Origin: the human T2T-CHM13v2.0 reference genome, Homo sapiens
Length of the DNA: 64,000 nucleotides
Assembly (NCBI RefSeq): GCF_009914755.1
Contig: NC_060928.1
Strand: one strand, 5' to 3'
The notes beneath the pieces were generated by a model. The model made no database searches and was not told the DNA's origin. It worked only from the letters and a program-made list of their open reading frames with translations. This document shows positions 1 through 18,799 of the stretch, piece after piece (position 1 is the first letter of the stretch; each line of letters begins with the position of its first letter). The translations under genes were made by a program, and so were the position numbers.

Positions 1-873
1 TTTCGTGGTCATTTGCAGACATGTGCAGAGAGGTGAAAAATTTTAGTCACTAGAATGCATATTGCTGGTTGAAATCAAACAAGGTGACCTCTGCCGTCTT
101 CTTTTAGCTTTCATGCTGTAAATAAGTCCTTTATGCAATCTATGTAGTGACACAATTTTGCATTTTTATGCTTTGCTTGGTGATTGTGCTGTTTAAAATG
201 GCCCCAAGCATAGTGCTGAAGTACTGCCTAGTGTGTTCCTACGCACAAAAAGAAGTATTCAAGAAAAAAATATGTGTGTCACATAAACTAAATTCAAGAA
301 TTAGTTATAGTACTGTTGACCATGAGTTTAATGTTAATGAATTAATAAAATAATACATCCATAAAAAATAATAGAAAATGTATTGATCTCTGCACGATGC
401 TGTTTGGAAAATGCTGAAGTAACATCTATTCTATGTTATGAAGTATGGAAAAGATGAAAAAATGGCTGAATTTTTGGGTTCTTGAGACTATAACTGATAA
501 CAAAATTAATAATTTTAAAAAATAATCAAGGCAGTCAGCTTTCTTTTGAAAGCAGTGTTGGGTGGCAGGTTAGAAAAATTCTGTAGATCAGGAGGCTACA
601 GAAGAGCTTTAAAAATATCTCTTAAATGTTTATACAGGAGAAGGCTATCTGGAAGTATAGTTTTCAATGCTAACAAGACTGGCTTGTTTCATAAGGACAT
701 TGGCAAACAAACATAATGCAAATGACATTTCAGTTGACAAAAAATATTGTAACCACAGGGTTACAGAAACCTAACCCTGCATTTTCCCTAGGAACAATAG
801 TTCAGTATTTACTAATTCAGTGTTCATGGCAAATTTGTAGAATATAAATACCACATACAATGAGTCACTTGTA
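1..873 (+). mobile_element. TcMar-Tigger DNA transposon relic (MER82-like), cut by the window start
   Basis: aaaatggccccaagcatagtgctgaagt and aacctaaccctgcattttcccctaggaacaatagttcagtatt resemble the recalled MER82 consensus. Confidence 0.7.
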
Positions 874-879
874 CAAAAT

Positions 880-1600
880 AAAATTTGATAAAATTATGAT
901 GGTTCATTATGCCCAAATTTTCCATTAAAATCAGAAAAAGATAAATTATTTAGAAATCCCTGACCTAAAGCACTAGGAGAAGAAGGAGAAAAACTTATAA
1001 TGATTACAAAGAAGAAATCAAAGTTGTGATTATATGAAGAAGAGGTTATATATCTAGAAATTCCAGTTTAATAAAAAGTTACTTAATATTATAAGAGAGT
1101 TCAGTAACTTCTCAGGATACAAAGTAAACACAAAAATCAGTATCACTTCTTCAATTAAGCAATTATGTGTTAGGAAATAAAACAAAAATAACATAACTGG
1201 GAATATCAATAGAAGTGCAAATATAAGTAACTTTAGCAAAATAAACCTTCTTGTCATTAGCAAAAAGCTCCACAAATCTTTACTAAGTCTTTTAGAGAAG
1301 AAAAAACCTTAAATAATAGGTTGGCAGAAATATCATGTAAGTGACAGAAAGACAACACTTACAAAATTGATTCCTAAATTTACAGTTATTTTAATTTAAA
1401 AATTGTAATACAATTATTGAGATTCATATAAAATATCTCTGGAAGAATAAATAAACAAGAATTGCTATGAAAACTTAATAGAGCAATTCAGAGCGCTAGA
1501 TTGTGGATAATCTCAACAGAACAAGAACAAAAAGTAAGACTATAATAATTTCATAAATGTGATAATAGTAAGAATAAGACAAAGAAAGTAATTTTAAAAT
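880..1600 (+). mobile_element. Old, degenerate L1M ORF2 fragment
   Basis: A-rich strand with gagttcagtaacttctcaggatacaaagtaaacacaaaaatcag, which is L1 RT-region-like. Confidence 0.55.
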
Positions 1601-2077
1601 CTTCTATTTATTATCAAATATATGTTCACTTTAGAATGTCCATCATGCCATTAACAGATTCCTCTACTGGTTTTGTTTTGTTTTGTTTTTTGTTTCTGCC
1701 TTTTAGTTCAGGGTCTTAACCAGGCTTGAGCCAGACATCATCTTTCTCTATGCCTTTTCAGTGGAGTCTGCCTTTTCTCTCAGTAGCCATTAATTTCTAT
1801 CTTTGAAGCCAATTCTAGGCCTTCCTCCCTCCCTGTTACAGCTTTCAGACCATTTGTGCATAAAATACCCTGATGCTCCCCCTGCTTTTCAGTGATACAG
1901 TCATCTATGTTAATTCTTAACACTTGTTCTCATTCGCTGGATATTTCAGCACCTTATTCATAGCCTTCCTGTGATCCTAAGCCCATCCAGGAGGGACTTA
2001 ATTTCAAAAAAGATGATTTGCTTAACATTCTAGCTTTTCAATTCATTTTTCTCCTTATCTCCATTATATATCTTCCC

Positions 2078-2605
2078 TTGTTGAAGAAAAATTATACCAG
2101 ATGGAATTAAACAGCAAGGAAGATTCTGCAGTAGGGATCAAGACTATTGCAAGAAGGGAGAGAGAGTGAACTCAAATCCTATGAAACAAAGGCAAGAGAG
2201 TTTTTAAGCAGTATGGTGAGATAGTAGGAAAGAACTAAAGGATGTTGGGCAGGGAGGGCATTGGTCAATGTGATTAGGCTATCTGTGATTGCTAATTGGC
2301 ACTTAACAAAGTCAGGTTCCTGTCCTCACACAGACACTGGGAAATAGGAAATACAGTTTCTATCTTCCCAATGATGACATTTCAAAAGGATGGCTCCCAT
2401 ATCCCTGAGAAAGACAATTTTGGGTTGTCAAACTGCAAGAGGCTGGGAGGAGACTTACATCTCTAAGAGGCAGAGAAAGAATTTAAAATTGCATGTTTTC
2501 TAAAATAAATGCTCTAATAAAAGGGAGGTTAGGAGCCTGTAGTTGGGAAGAAACTTATCTAAATTTTAGTCAAGCTAAGGGAAAAGTTAATGTCATATTG
2601 CTGAC
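2078..2605 (-). mobile_element. ERV1-class solo LTR (MER31/MER4-group-like; subfamily uncertain)
   Basis: tgttgaagaaaaattat start, tcaagactattgcaa motif, and an LTR-like body. Confidence 0.5.
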
Positions 2606-2892
2606 TCTACTATGACTGCAAAATTCATCTAAACTAGTTGTGCACTAAACCAATCTATTAGCTTGGTGTGTTGGTACATGAGGAAGTGAAGGATACACAG
2701 ACCAGAAACAGTCTATATTAGGGAGGAGATAGACAGGGTGATAGGTGTTCCATGAAAAGCATGACAGGTTCACTCTATCCCTCAGAAGCACACAGATGCC
2801 TTGTACTTTCATGATTTCCTTCTCTATTACTCCTCCCTCCTTAATATATGTTCATTATAAGCCATATCTCTCTATTCAACAAGAAAGACACA

Positions 2893-4170
2893 ATATTAGT
2901 CAATTCTCACACTACTATAAAGAACTACCTGAGACTACATAATTTATAAAGAAAAGACATTTAATTGGCTCATGGCTTTGCAGGCTGTACAGGAAGCATG
3001 GCTGGGGAGACCTCAGGAAACTTACAATCATGGCAGAAGGCAAAGGGGAAGCAGGCACATCCTACATGGCCTTCCTACAAGGAGGAAGAGAGGAAAAGGA
3101 ATTGCGACACACTTTTAAACAACCAGATCTCATGAGAACTCACTCACTATCAGAAGACCAGCAAGGGGGAAATCTGCCCCCATGATCCAGTCACCTCCCA
3201 CCAGGCCCCTCCTCCAACACTGGGGATTAGAATTCTACATGAGCTTTGCAAAGAGACACAAATCCAAACCATATGATTCTGCCCCTGTCCCCCCACAAAT
3301 CTCATGTTCTTCTCACATTGCAAAATATAATTACTGATTCTCAACAGTCTCCTAAGCCTTAACTCATTTCAGCATTAACTCAAGAGTCCACAGTCCAAAG
3401 TCTCATGTGAGACAAGGCAAGTCCTTTCTGCCTATGAGCCTGTAAAATCAAAAACAAGTTAGTTACTTCCAATGTACAATTGGGGTACAGGTATTGGCTA
3501 AATACTCTCTTTCCAAAGGGGAAAAATCAGCCAAAACAAAGGGACTAGAGGCCCTATGCAAGCCTGAAACTTAACAGGGCAGTCATTGAATCTTAAAGTT
3601 CCCAAATAATATCCTTCGACTCCATGTCTCATATCCAGGCCACACTGATGCAAGAGGTGGGCTCCCAAGGCCTCAGGAAGCTCCGCCCCCATGGCTCTGC
3701 AGAGCTCAGTCCCCACGGCTACTCTCAAGGGCTGGTGTTGACTCCCTGTGCTTTTCCAGGTGCATGGTGCAAGATGTCAGTTCATCTACCATTCTAGGAT
3801 CTGAAGGATGGTGGCCCCCTTCTCAAAGCTCCACTAGGCAGTGTCCCAGTGTGGGGGCTCCAACCCCACATTTTTCCCCCACACTGCCTTAGTAGAGGTT
3901 CCCCATGAAGGCTCTGCTTCTGCAGCAGATGTCTGCTTGGACATCCATGTGTTTCCATACATCCTTTAAAATCTAGGCAAAGGCTCCAAAACCTCAACTC
4001 TTGCTGTCCATGCACTCACAGACTTAACACCATGTGGAAGCCTTGGCAATTTTCAGCTTGCACCCTCTGGAGCAGCAGCCTGGGATATATCTGGGGTCCT
4101 TTTAGCCAAGGCTGGAGCTGGAGCAGCTGGGATGCAGAGAGCAGTGTCCCACAGTTGTGCAGGGTAGCCA
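2893..4170 (-). mobile_element. MaLR MSTA-like LTR (~2893-3273) plus adjacent MST-internal sequence
   Basis: caggaaacttacaatcatggcagaaggc ... cacaaatccaaaccatat, followed by MaLR-int motifs such as agtccaaagtctcatgtgagacaaggcaagtcc. Confidence 0.85.
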
Positions 4171-4319
4171 GGCAGGGATCTAAATCCAAATATCAGATGT
4201 TGCTCCCATTTAAACACTAATCAGCTTAAAGGTCAAGGAGCCATTTTTTTAGTGGAGTAAGAGCTGATTGAAGAGACATTATATTTTCTTCACTCCCCTG
4301 TACTTTTGATTGGATTTTT

Positions 4320-6325
<2,006 letters not shown>

Positions 6326-6534
6326 TTAAAGTAATGGCACTAAATTAGGAGATAGGAAGGATCCAGGCTTCATCAAGCATCATTACATGATTTCCAATTT
6401 TAGTTAAAATTGTTCCCTGCTGTAAAATACCATCAGGGATAATGCGTGCATACTGGTTATGATCGTTAGATAAAGGATTCTTCCCAACTACAAAGTAGCA
6501 ACTTTACTAATCTTCAAATATTATTCTTTTCCAG

Positions 6535-6629
6535 ACTGTGACAAAGACATGCTGATCAACATTCTGACTCAGCGCTGCAATGCACAAAGGATGATGATTG
6601 CAGAGGCATACCAGAGCATGTATGGCCGG
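6535..6629 (+). CDS. ANXA10: Annexin A10 exon 3 (95 nt): (D)CDKDMLINILTQRCNAQRMMIAEAYQSMYGR
   Basis: ttttccag acceptor and gtaagg donor; the translation matches annexin A10 repeat I; phase 1 in, phase 0 out. Confidence 0.97.
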
Positions 6630-7667
6630 GTAAGGCCACTTTATCTTGACCTATTTCTAGGGCAATCTCTTGAGAACTAACCACACTCACGGATAATAGG
6701 TATTTTTTTTTTCAATCTCACAGATTGCAAATATCTCAGACATCATTATATGTCAGATACAGTTCATATTCCTCTTACATGTTTCAAGGAATAAAATCTA
6801 TATTATGAAACAAATATACATGTGAGATATGTTCACACTCACAGTGACCAGTGACCACAAGTTCTTTCCCCAAAATCATTCAGTGTCCCCAAATGAAAAG
6901 TTTTGATGAACTTACATTGCCAGTGGGTCCAATTAGGCTTAAAGTGTTGTGCTGGAAACACCCCTGTGGCGAGCTTTAGGGAAGGCACATAAAAAATTAA
7001 TGATCACCAGTTCAAAATATAACAGCTTTTCCTACAGTTCCTTGCAGGTCCTCACCTAACTCTCAACCAAAGTGAATTCTCTACCAGCTTTTCCTTTCAC
7101 CAGCATGCAGCTATAGAGACCATTAAAAAAGAATGGCAGTTTAAAAATAGTTTAAGGCAATAAAACTATCCATAGTGTTTTAAAGTAATCATACTCTAAT
7201 TTCAAAGCAAGTACCATTAAAGATTCCTTGCTTTTGCTATGCATTTAAACCACAAATTCAGAACAAAAACTCTTCAGGCCAAAAGTGCCTGAAACAACAA
7301 TTACTTCATCAGCTGAGCTTTATCGATGAAACATTATCATAAAACTTTCTCAGTAGAGTTAATCCATGTAAATTTACTCCACCTCTAAACCCCAGTCTTT
7401 GAACAACTATAGTAGATGAAATAAAAGATATCCCTCAGCTTTAGATTGAATTAATAATCCAAAAGCTACTATCAGTAGTGACCTTAGTTGAAGTAAGCCA
7501 AAGTAGAAGACCAGTGATATCTTCTTTTCCACATAAACTGTTACCTCAGCCTATGTTCCACCTACACCAGTACTAGTTTTCTTTTGAAAGAGAATATAAA
7601 AACTATAAAAGTTGTATCACTGGTAATCTAACATTGTTTTAATATGCATAGTGCTATAAGAAATGTC

Positions 7668-7967
<300 letters not shown>

Positions 7968-8621
7968 AGAAGAAATGCCATTTTTAAGTAACTTTTTTTT
8001 AACCCAAAGGTTTACATACATTTTTGCTTTTTACAAATCAGGTTAAATTTAGACTGAAAACATTACTTTATCAAGCTCTACAAAACTATGCTAAAGCAGA
8101 TTAAAACAATTTTAAAATGAAGTACTTACACTCAAGGAATTTAAAATCTACTAAAGAATTTATACTCCACTGAAGAACTTTTCACTGTACATATAAAGTC
8201 TCAGAGTTTGTTAAACCCTCAGTTTTGCTGAATAATTCATACCTCCTGGAAAACCTTGGCTGATACACTAAATTGCACTGCCTGGAAAACTGGAAGTCAT
8301 GTTTGCCTCTTTCCTCTGAAATACCCTTGTCATTTATAATCAATTAGCAAGTTCTGTAAATTATTTCTCTTCACACATTTCTCTCTTTAAACTGACTTAC
8401 ACAGTCTTGATTTAGATCTTCATCATTTTGTGCCCAGACTAATGCTGAAATTCCTAAATGGTCCTGTCTACCCCTAGTCCCTTCCCACTCCAGTCTATCC
8501 CCAAACCGTAGCCAGAATGACTCAAAATCTAAATTTTCACACATCACTTTGCCACTTTAATCCTTGAGTGTTTATCTTGTTTCTCCCTACAAACATCCGT
8601 GTTTCCATGCGCTACTAAAAA

Positions 8622-9290
8622 GTATGGGGAATCCTCGGTCCTTGATCATCTTGGGAGTAAGATAATGGCCAAGTGACAATTCAAAGACAGCAGAAATCTT
8701 TACTTGAAGGGAAAGAGGGAGCAGAGAGTTTATTTAAAGAGACAGGACATTCTGAAAGATGAGGCAGAGCAGGCTGCTGAAAGAGAATGGGCCAACAGAG
8801 AGTCCTGGGTTGGGTTTTTATAACATTGGATTTTTCTTCACGTTCCCTGCTCTGTCTCAAGTCTCTGCCTTTTTTCATTATCTAGTTTTTCTGCTTCTGC
8901 CGTAAGCCCTTGCCTTTTCCCTGCCTAGTTTCCACCCCAGGTTTGTGGGGCCCTCCCTTACTATTAGTCAGTGCGCATGCGTGGGCCAGGGGTTGGATAC
9001 GAATTCTATCTAATGGCTGCACTGCTCATTACCACCACCCCAGTAAGGTCGTACAGCAGTCAAATTGGTACTTGTGCCTATATATCTCTTAGGAATTTCT
9101 CCTTTTTCCTTTTCCTTTCTTTCTGCTCACAGTTGACTAATTGTCCACCCGCTACAGCATTAGGGATTCTATTAATATGTAAGCGGTGGGTGGTCCCTTG
9201 GGCCTAAGACTTCCCAAGCTTTTCCTTTCTCAAGGGCTCCCCTTGAGTAACCCGCTCATGTCTAGCCATCTGCCTACACATATTCCTACA
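8622..9290 (-). mobile_element. ERV1-class solo LTR (subfamily not determined), inserted among L2 fragments
   Basis: GC-richer block with agtttatttaaagagacag near its start and gtctagccatctgcctacacatattcctaca at its end. Confidence 0.55.
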
Positions 9291-11177
9291 CATGGAATAA
9301 ACCTAATGCCTTCCCAGGGCACACGAAGCCTTGCTTGCTTTGTTCCTGCTCTCCGTCTTCATCCCTCTCCCCTTCCCTAACACAATTTTCACCTGCAGTC
9401 AAATAGAACTGCTATACTTGTAGTTCTTCAAATTAACCATGGCTGCCCCTCACCTCCAGTCATGTTGTTTTATCTATCTTCAATAACCTGATTTCAATAC
9501 CACAGGCTGGACACCTATCATCCTTCCAGGTACTAGACACAAGACCTCACAGCCCCCCACCAGATCGAGTGGAACAGACTTGGGCTGCTAATACATCCTT
9601 TTTGTAATTTCCTCACAGTAACTAATGACACATCTGAGAGCTTGTTTGTATCTGTTTCACTCTACCACAGTCTAAAGCTTTGAAAGCTGGGATGATTCTT
9701 GTTCATCCTAGAGCTTACCATAAATGTCTGTCTAGCATACCAAGATTGCTTAATTAATGTTTATTGAATGACATTGTAAAGGTGCATCTAACTACAACTC
9801 CTCCAATAAGACACAGGCAGGCTTTGACTGCTCCTGTAAACTTTCCCAGCCTGTCATGCTCACCCTCTACTCTGTGTTTCCTGCTTGGTTCCAAGAGATC
9901 CTTGTGCATAATGCTACTGGGTTGTGCTGGTTCACTTTTACATCTTGCCAATAACACTGTAATCTCCTGGAAAAGCAGGGATTGTAATATTTGCTGCTAT
10001 CCCTCCAGAGCCCAGCCCAGGTCTGGCATAGAAGAGGCATTTCATTTACAGAATCAGTGAATCTAAGGCATTATATTCTGCCTATTTACTTTTTTTTAAA
10101 GAAAAGGAAAAGCATCCTTTCATTATCCACTCTGTAGTTAAAATGAATCTACACCAATTGCCTAGATTTCTTTTCTCTCATTCCTTGCCCTGGCTGCTAC
10201 CAGGTTAATTTCTCCGACCATCAGTAAGGTCTTCTTGACATCTACCACCGCTCACATTTAGGACTACTTCTTCCACCTGGCCAAGGTGTATCTCCTGCTA
10301 CTTTTCCCTTTCTGTGGTAAGAATGTATACATTAACCCCTATGTTAATCAATGGTATTTTAAATTTTCATTAACAAGAATAATCAAGAGTTGACAGAATC
10401 ATTTTCTTAGCTGCTGAGTGAAGTACAATTCTCAGCAGGCTCCATGAACACTTCTTACTTGACATTTTACATTCGTGCAGAGTGGCTGAATTTCATCAGC
10501 TTTGCCTTACCTATTGCAGAAACTAATCCCTAGACTCAACTGAAAATCCACTTGGAATTCCGCTGATTGACATATTTATCAAAGTAATTCATGAGGTCAC
10601 TTCTGATCTTCCCCACCAAAGCAAGTGCTAGTTAAAAACAATGCAGTGACACCAAGGGAACAATGAAATGCCCTTGTGAATGGGGAGAAGAATAAACAGA
10701 CAATGATTCTTGGAGAAGTTCAAATTCAGCATTGATGCAATTAATTTTCTCATTTTTCATCTAAAACAGGGACTATCCGGTCTAAAATATGCTGGTTTCT
10801 GTCATTCATTTAACCCACATGGTTGGTTAAGCAATTTAGTGCCGGGGCTGACTTGCCCAAAAGTAAAACTTCAACCAAGGTCATCTGACTATTAAATTGT
10901 CTCTTCCACAGCTTCTCAGTAATGCCCACTGTTCTCAATGGAGCAAACACTCAGGCTTACAAGGGCAGACATCTATACTGCCAAATCCCTCACATCTTTC
11001 AAGGTTTTGCTTAAGTGTCAAATACTCAAGAGGGCCTAATCTAAAGCTGTCACTCACCCCAAGCCCTATGCTAGAGCTCCAGATACCCCTCACCTGACCC
11101 ACAGGAGGAAGTCCAGGGCAAGCCTATCATCTAACAGTCTTGGCCAGTGAGTTAAGGCAATCCTGAATGCCTTCTAA

Positions 11178-11738
<561 letters not shown>

Positions 11739-11884
11739 TGATCCTTAACCTTATGATCTGGGATGATGAGATTCCAGAGAGAATCCAAGTGACTGAACCA
11801 GAATTGAGTTTGAATTCCTATGTCCACTTTTGATTAGGCTGCTACCCAGAGAATAGACCAACTAGGACACCCTGAGGTTGGTAT

Positions 11885-12630
11885 TGTAATCGCCCAGTGG
11901 TTTCTCCTTGCCCTGTGACAAGACAGAGCTGGTTTATCAAGACAGGGGAATATAGAGTTTAATTCACACAGAGTCAGCTGTACAGGAGACAGGAGTTCTA
12001 TTATCACTCAAATCAGTCTCTCCAAAAACTTGGGGATTGGGATTTTTAAGGATAATTTAGTGGGTAGGGGGTCAGAAAGTGTGGAGTGCTGATTGGCTGG
12101 TACAGAAATGAAATCATAGGGAGTCAAAGCTGTCCTCCTCCACTGAGTCAGTTGCTGGGTGGGGGCCGCAAGACCAGATGAGCCAGCTTATCAACCTGGG
12201 TGTTGCCAGCTAATCCACTGAGCACGGGGTCTGCAAAATATCTCAAGCACTGACCCTAGGTTTTATAATACTGATGTAGTATTGCTTCCCGGCCTTTTGG
12301 ATAAGATCAAGTGTATAACACTGATGTTTTCCTGAGGAACAATTTAGGGAGGTTCAGAATGTCACAGCCTCCAGCTGCAAGACTGCTAACCCATAATTTC
12401 TAATCTTGTAGCTAATTTGTTAGTCTTGCAAAGGCAGCCAAGGGGATTTGTTTTAGAAAAGGGCTGTTACCATCTTTGTTTCAAAGTTAAATTATAACCT
12501 AAGTTCCTCCCAAAGCTAGTTCGGCCTATGACCAGGAATGAACAAGTACATCTTGGAGGTTAGAAGCAAGATGGAGTCAGTTAGCCAGCTCTCTTTCACT
12601 GGAATTGCCTCGGTTGTAAGTTTTGCAAAG
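11885..12630 (-). mobile_element. ERV1 solo LTR, LTR8-like
   Basis: tgtaatcgcccagtggtttctccttgcc...ttatcactcaaatcagtctctcc...ggaggttagaagcaagatggagtcagtt match the recalled LTR8 family. Confidence 0.75.
12281..12315 (+). pseudogene. 3'-truncated U2 snRNA retropseudogene (U2 nt 1-35)
   Basis: attgcttcccggccttttggataagatcaagtgta is 32/35 identical to the U2 5' end; flanked by tataatactgatgt / tataacactgatgt direct repeats. Confidence 0.9.
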
Positions 12631-12699
12631 TTTTGCTAACACCCTACCCACTAAATTATCCTTTCAGTATTAAGAGAAAGAAAGAAGCATCATGCTTAG

Positions 12700-15220
<2,521 letters not shown>

Positions 15221-15223
15221 CAA

Positions 15224-15512
15224 TTTTTTTTTTTTTTTGAGACGGAATCTTGCTGTGTTGCCTGGAGTGCAGTGGCATGATCTCAGCTCACTGCAACCTC
15301 TGTCTCCTGGGTTCAAGCAATTCTCTGCCTCAGCCTCCTGAGTAGCTGGGATTACAGGTGCCCACCACCACGCCCAGCTAATTTTTGTATTTTTAGTAGA
15401 GACAGGGTTTCACCATCTTGGCCAGGCTGGTCTTGAATTCCTGACCTTGTGATCCACCCGCCTTGGCCTCCCAAAGTGCTGGGATTACAGGCGTGAGCCA
15501 CCGTGCCTGGCC
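15224..15512 (-). mobile_element. Alu (AluS)
   Basis: Alu body; TSD tgacaatttttt. Confidence 0.95.
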
Positions 15513-15599
15513 ATGACAATTTTTTAAAATGAGTCAGTCTTTGAAATGGACTCTATCTTACTTGCTAACCTATGTTCACAATAACATCTCTTACCTCAA

Positions 15600-17280
15600 G
15601 TTTTTTCCTGTAATTGACATAGGAGCTGGGGAAATTTTCTAGGCACATATTATTATTGATCAATATTTTTATTCCACCTTGTTTTATACTCCCTCAAATT
15701 AGTCATTATTATGCCATTGTATAAGTTAGTGTTTCTTTAGTTTTATTTGTGATTCTTAATTTATTTGTACATTTTTCTTCTAATACCCAATTCTATGTTT
15801 CTGATTTCGATGTGATTTTTTTTCAAAAGGACATTCATTAGCAGTTCCTTTTTTTCTGGAAATAACAAATAAATGTTAAATTATTTCAATCTTTCCCTGA
15901 GAATATTTTTATTATTTCCTCATTGTTAGATATTAGTTTAGATAGCTATAGAATTCTGGGTGGAACTCTAGTTATTTTCCCCTACATCTTTGCAAATATA
16001 ACTTCAGTTTTGTTTTTTGTTTTTTCTGGCCCTTATCGACACTTCTGAGAAAACTCTTCTGACATCAAGAGGTATTATTTTGTTTGTTTTGATCCTTTTT
16101 TCTATAGATTCTCTGTTATTCTCTGGATGCTTTTAAGATAGTTTTCTTTATTTTTGGTATTCTATAGTTTCACTGTGGTAGTCAACAGGCTTGTACATTT
16201 TTGTCTAAATAGCTGAGGATTCACGTATTCTGGAAGACTGGAAATAGTGTCTCTCCAGCATTGTCCACATTCTCTCCTACTGTAAATCCTTTTAGACCAA
16301 AGTCTGTCCGTCTCATTCACCCTTTCAAGTCTGTTAACTTTATGTTACCATATAAATACCATATATTTCTTGTCCACATATGTAGAATATTTTTGTCACT
16401 TTAAAATGTATTTTCCCAATGTGCTGATTTCATTTTCAGTTTTTTACTAGCTACTCTTTTTAGTTTTTAATTTCTAGAATTTTATTTGCTTTCTTTAAAA
16501 AGTCTGTTAACTTTTTTTCATAGTATTCCCTCAGATTGTTATTAATGATCTCAAATTCATGGGGTTTCAATTCTGATTGTTGCAGAGTCCACTATATCAC
16601 CTAGGAGATGGGTCTTGTTTTTTGTTTCTTTAGGGAGAATCTTTTTCTGTTCTGGAGTGTCAGAGAATTTCTGAAGATTGGTTTTGCATTTGCTTCTTCT
16701 GTTCCATGAGAATCACTAGTTTGAGATCAGCTTTCATGATGATTTCTCTTCATGGAGGTCTCAGTTCATATGAGTTAAATAAATTTGAACTTCAAGCCTC
16801 AGGAAAGCACAGGTCTATTGTTTCAGATTATCAGGGAAAATGTTCTCCTACTCAAAGCCTAGGCAATGAGTGGTGAGCGTGAGCTTTCTGCCAATCTTTC
16901 AATGCTGAATAATATTTTTCTTCTAGTTCACGCTGCTACTGAGGATACAACCCTTTGAGGATAGCAACCTCATATGTGAGATTTCAGACTTGATTCCCTG
17001 TGTTACATTGCCCAGTAAATGTTCTCTTCTCCTCATACAGTGCCCGAAATTAGGCACTAAAGCCTAAACCAAATAGCTCTCAAAACCAGCCTCTACTTTC
17101 CCCAGTCACCTGCAGGATCGTCTCCAAGGTCAGCTCACTTGCTTATCTTCTGGTTTTCATTTTTTCCTGATTTTTACATCAAGCGGTTTCTCTTTCTTCT
17201 GAAATCATGTATACTGTTAAAAGTATTTCTGTTACTTTTTATCAGGTATTTGAAAGGGGAGAGTTTAGATTTAATATACC
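15600..17280 (-). mobile_element. Old, degenerate L1M fragments
   Basis: T-rich strand with gatagctatagaattctggg and tattctatagtttcactgtg, resembling antisense L1M. Confidence 0.5.
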
Positions 17281-17458
17281 ATGTGTGTCTAGAAGACCAA
17301 AGTATTATCATTATTATCAAACAAAAAACCCCAAATTTCATTGAAAATTAAATAATTATGTAAACTGCGAAAATATCTGTAAAATGAAGCTATTCGAAAG
17401 AATATTCTCTTACCACTGCAAAGTGACGAAGCAACTTGCACAAACATTTTTATAATAC

Positions 17459-18165
17459 TGTCAGCTGAAGAATAACAAGGTTCATAAATTTGGAAAAGAA
17501 AGCTTTATGTTTTATAAAAGGTTGCAGCCTGCAGGGTGGCCATTCTGACAGGCTGGGAAGCATGGTCTCCTGCCGAAAACTGGAAACAGACACTTTGATA
17601 GCCAGAAGAATAAGACAGAAATTTATGCAGAACAGGGTGGCTGAATATACATATTCAATAAGCTATAGGAGTCATGAATATTTATGAAAGGAGAAACACG
17701 CACATGCGCAGTTAAGCTTCATACCTCTCCACAGGACCCACGTTCAAAACATGGTGGTGTTAGCATGTTGCGAGGGTGGAATTTTCAGCCCTCTGACACT
17801 GAAAGGTGACAGAAAACCCTCACTGCACATCCTCCATAGACTGGCCAGAACCACTAAGCGGTCAGTGGTCTCTAGCCAGGAAAGAATGCTGGCTGGTTGT
17901 TTTGTCTAAACCACAAAAAGGAGAGGCAGTGTAAGAGGGTTGGTTGATATCAGGGGTGGAGTAAGTCTTTCCAAAGGGCTGGTTTCTGGTTAACTCTTAG
18001 GAAAGAAAGGCAGTGAGCTAGGGAGGGGGTACCATAAGGTGTATTCTAAATTCCATCCCATCATTGCTAGGAACTCAGTTTTCAAGATTGCTCTGGGGCC
18101 CCCTTGGCCAGGAAGGGGTTCATCCAGTCAGTTGAGGGACTTAGGATTTCATTTTAATTTTTCAA
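17459..18165 (-). mobile_element. ERV1 solo LTR, MER39-like
   Basis: tgtcagctgaagaataacaaggttcataaatttggaaaagaaagcttta...ggttgcagcctgcagggtggccattctgacaggctgggaagc. Confidence 0.7.
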
Positions 18166-18799
18166 TATAATATAAAATGATGCAAGTATTTACATAGTGA
18201 CCACTGGGGGAGGGAGATAGAATTAAGATAAATTCTAAATTTCACTTTATACAGCATGCATCATTGATATTTAAACAGCAAAGAACATTTTAAATAATAA
18301 TAGAAAAAGCCATATAAGTGAAAAGCATATGAAACTATTCCCCTGAGCATATTCAGACAAGAAAGATGTTAGTCTTACTTCTATTTCTTGCCCCTGTTTA
18401 TCCATAATAAGATAAAGGTAAGACGAATAAGAAATAAGAAAATGCCATTTTATTTTTAATTTAAATGGAGTGGTTAGAATAGCTGCAGCAAGGGTAGTCT
18501 GCAGTTTCATTGGCAACACAGAACAGCTCAATTTGCAAAGCAAGTACTCATTAGCTTAATGTAAGGCCAAGCTGTGATTCCAGCAGAGTCTGCTTTAGGG
18601 CAAGTCTTCGGAATACAGGAAAGCAGAGGCAGTCCAGCTGGGGAAAGTCACGCTGCAAAGGTTGCATTTGAAAAGTGGTGTATATATATATAAATCCTAG
18701 TGAGAATTTAATACTCTAATTAGAGAACCTATTTGAAGGCTCCACTTTGAACTTGTAATGTTCAGTTATTTAAACATGTTATTCAATATTTATCTTCCC

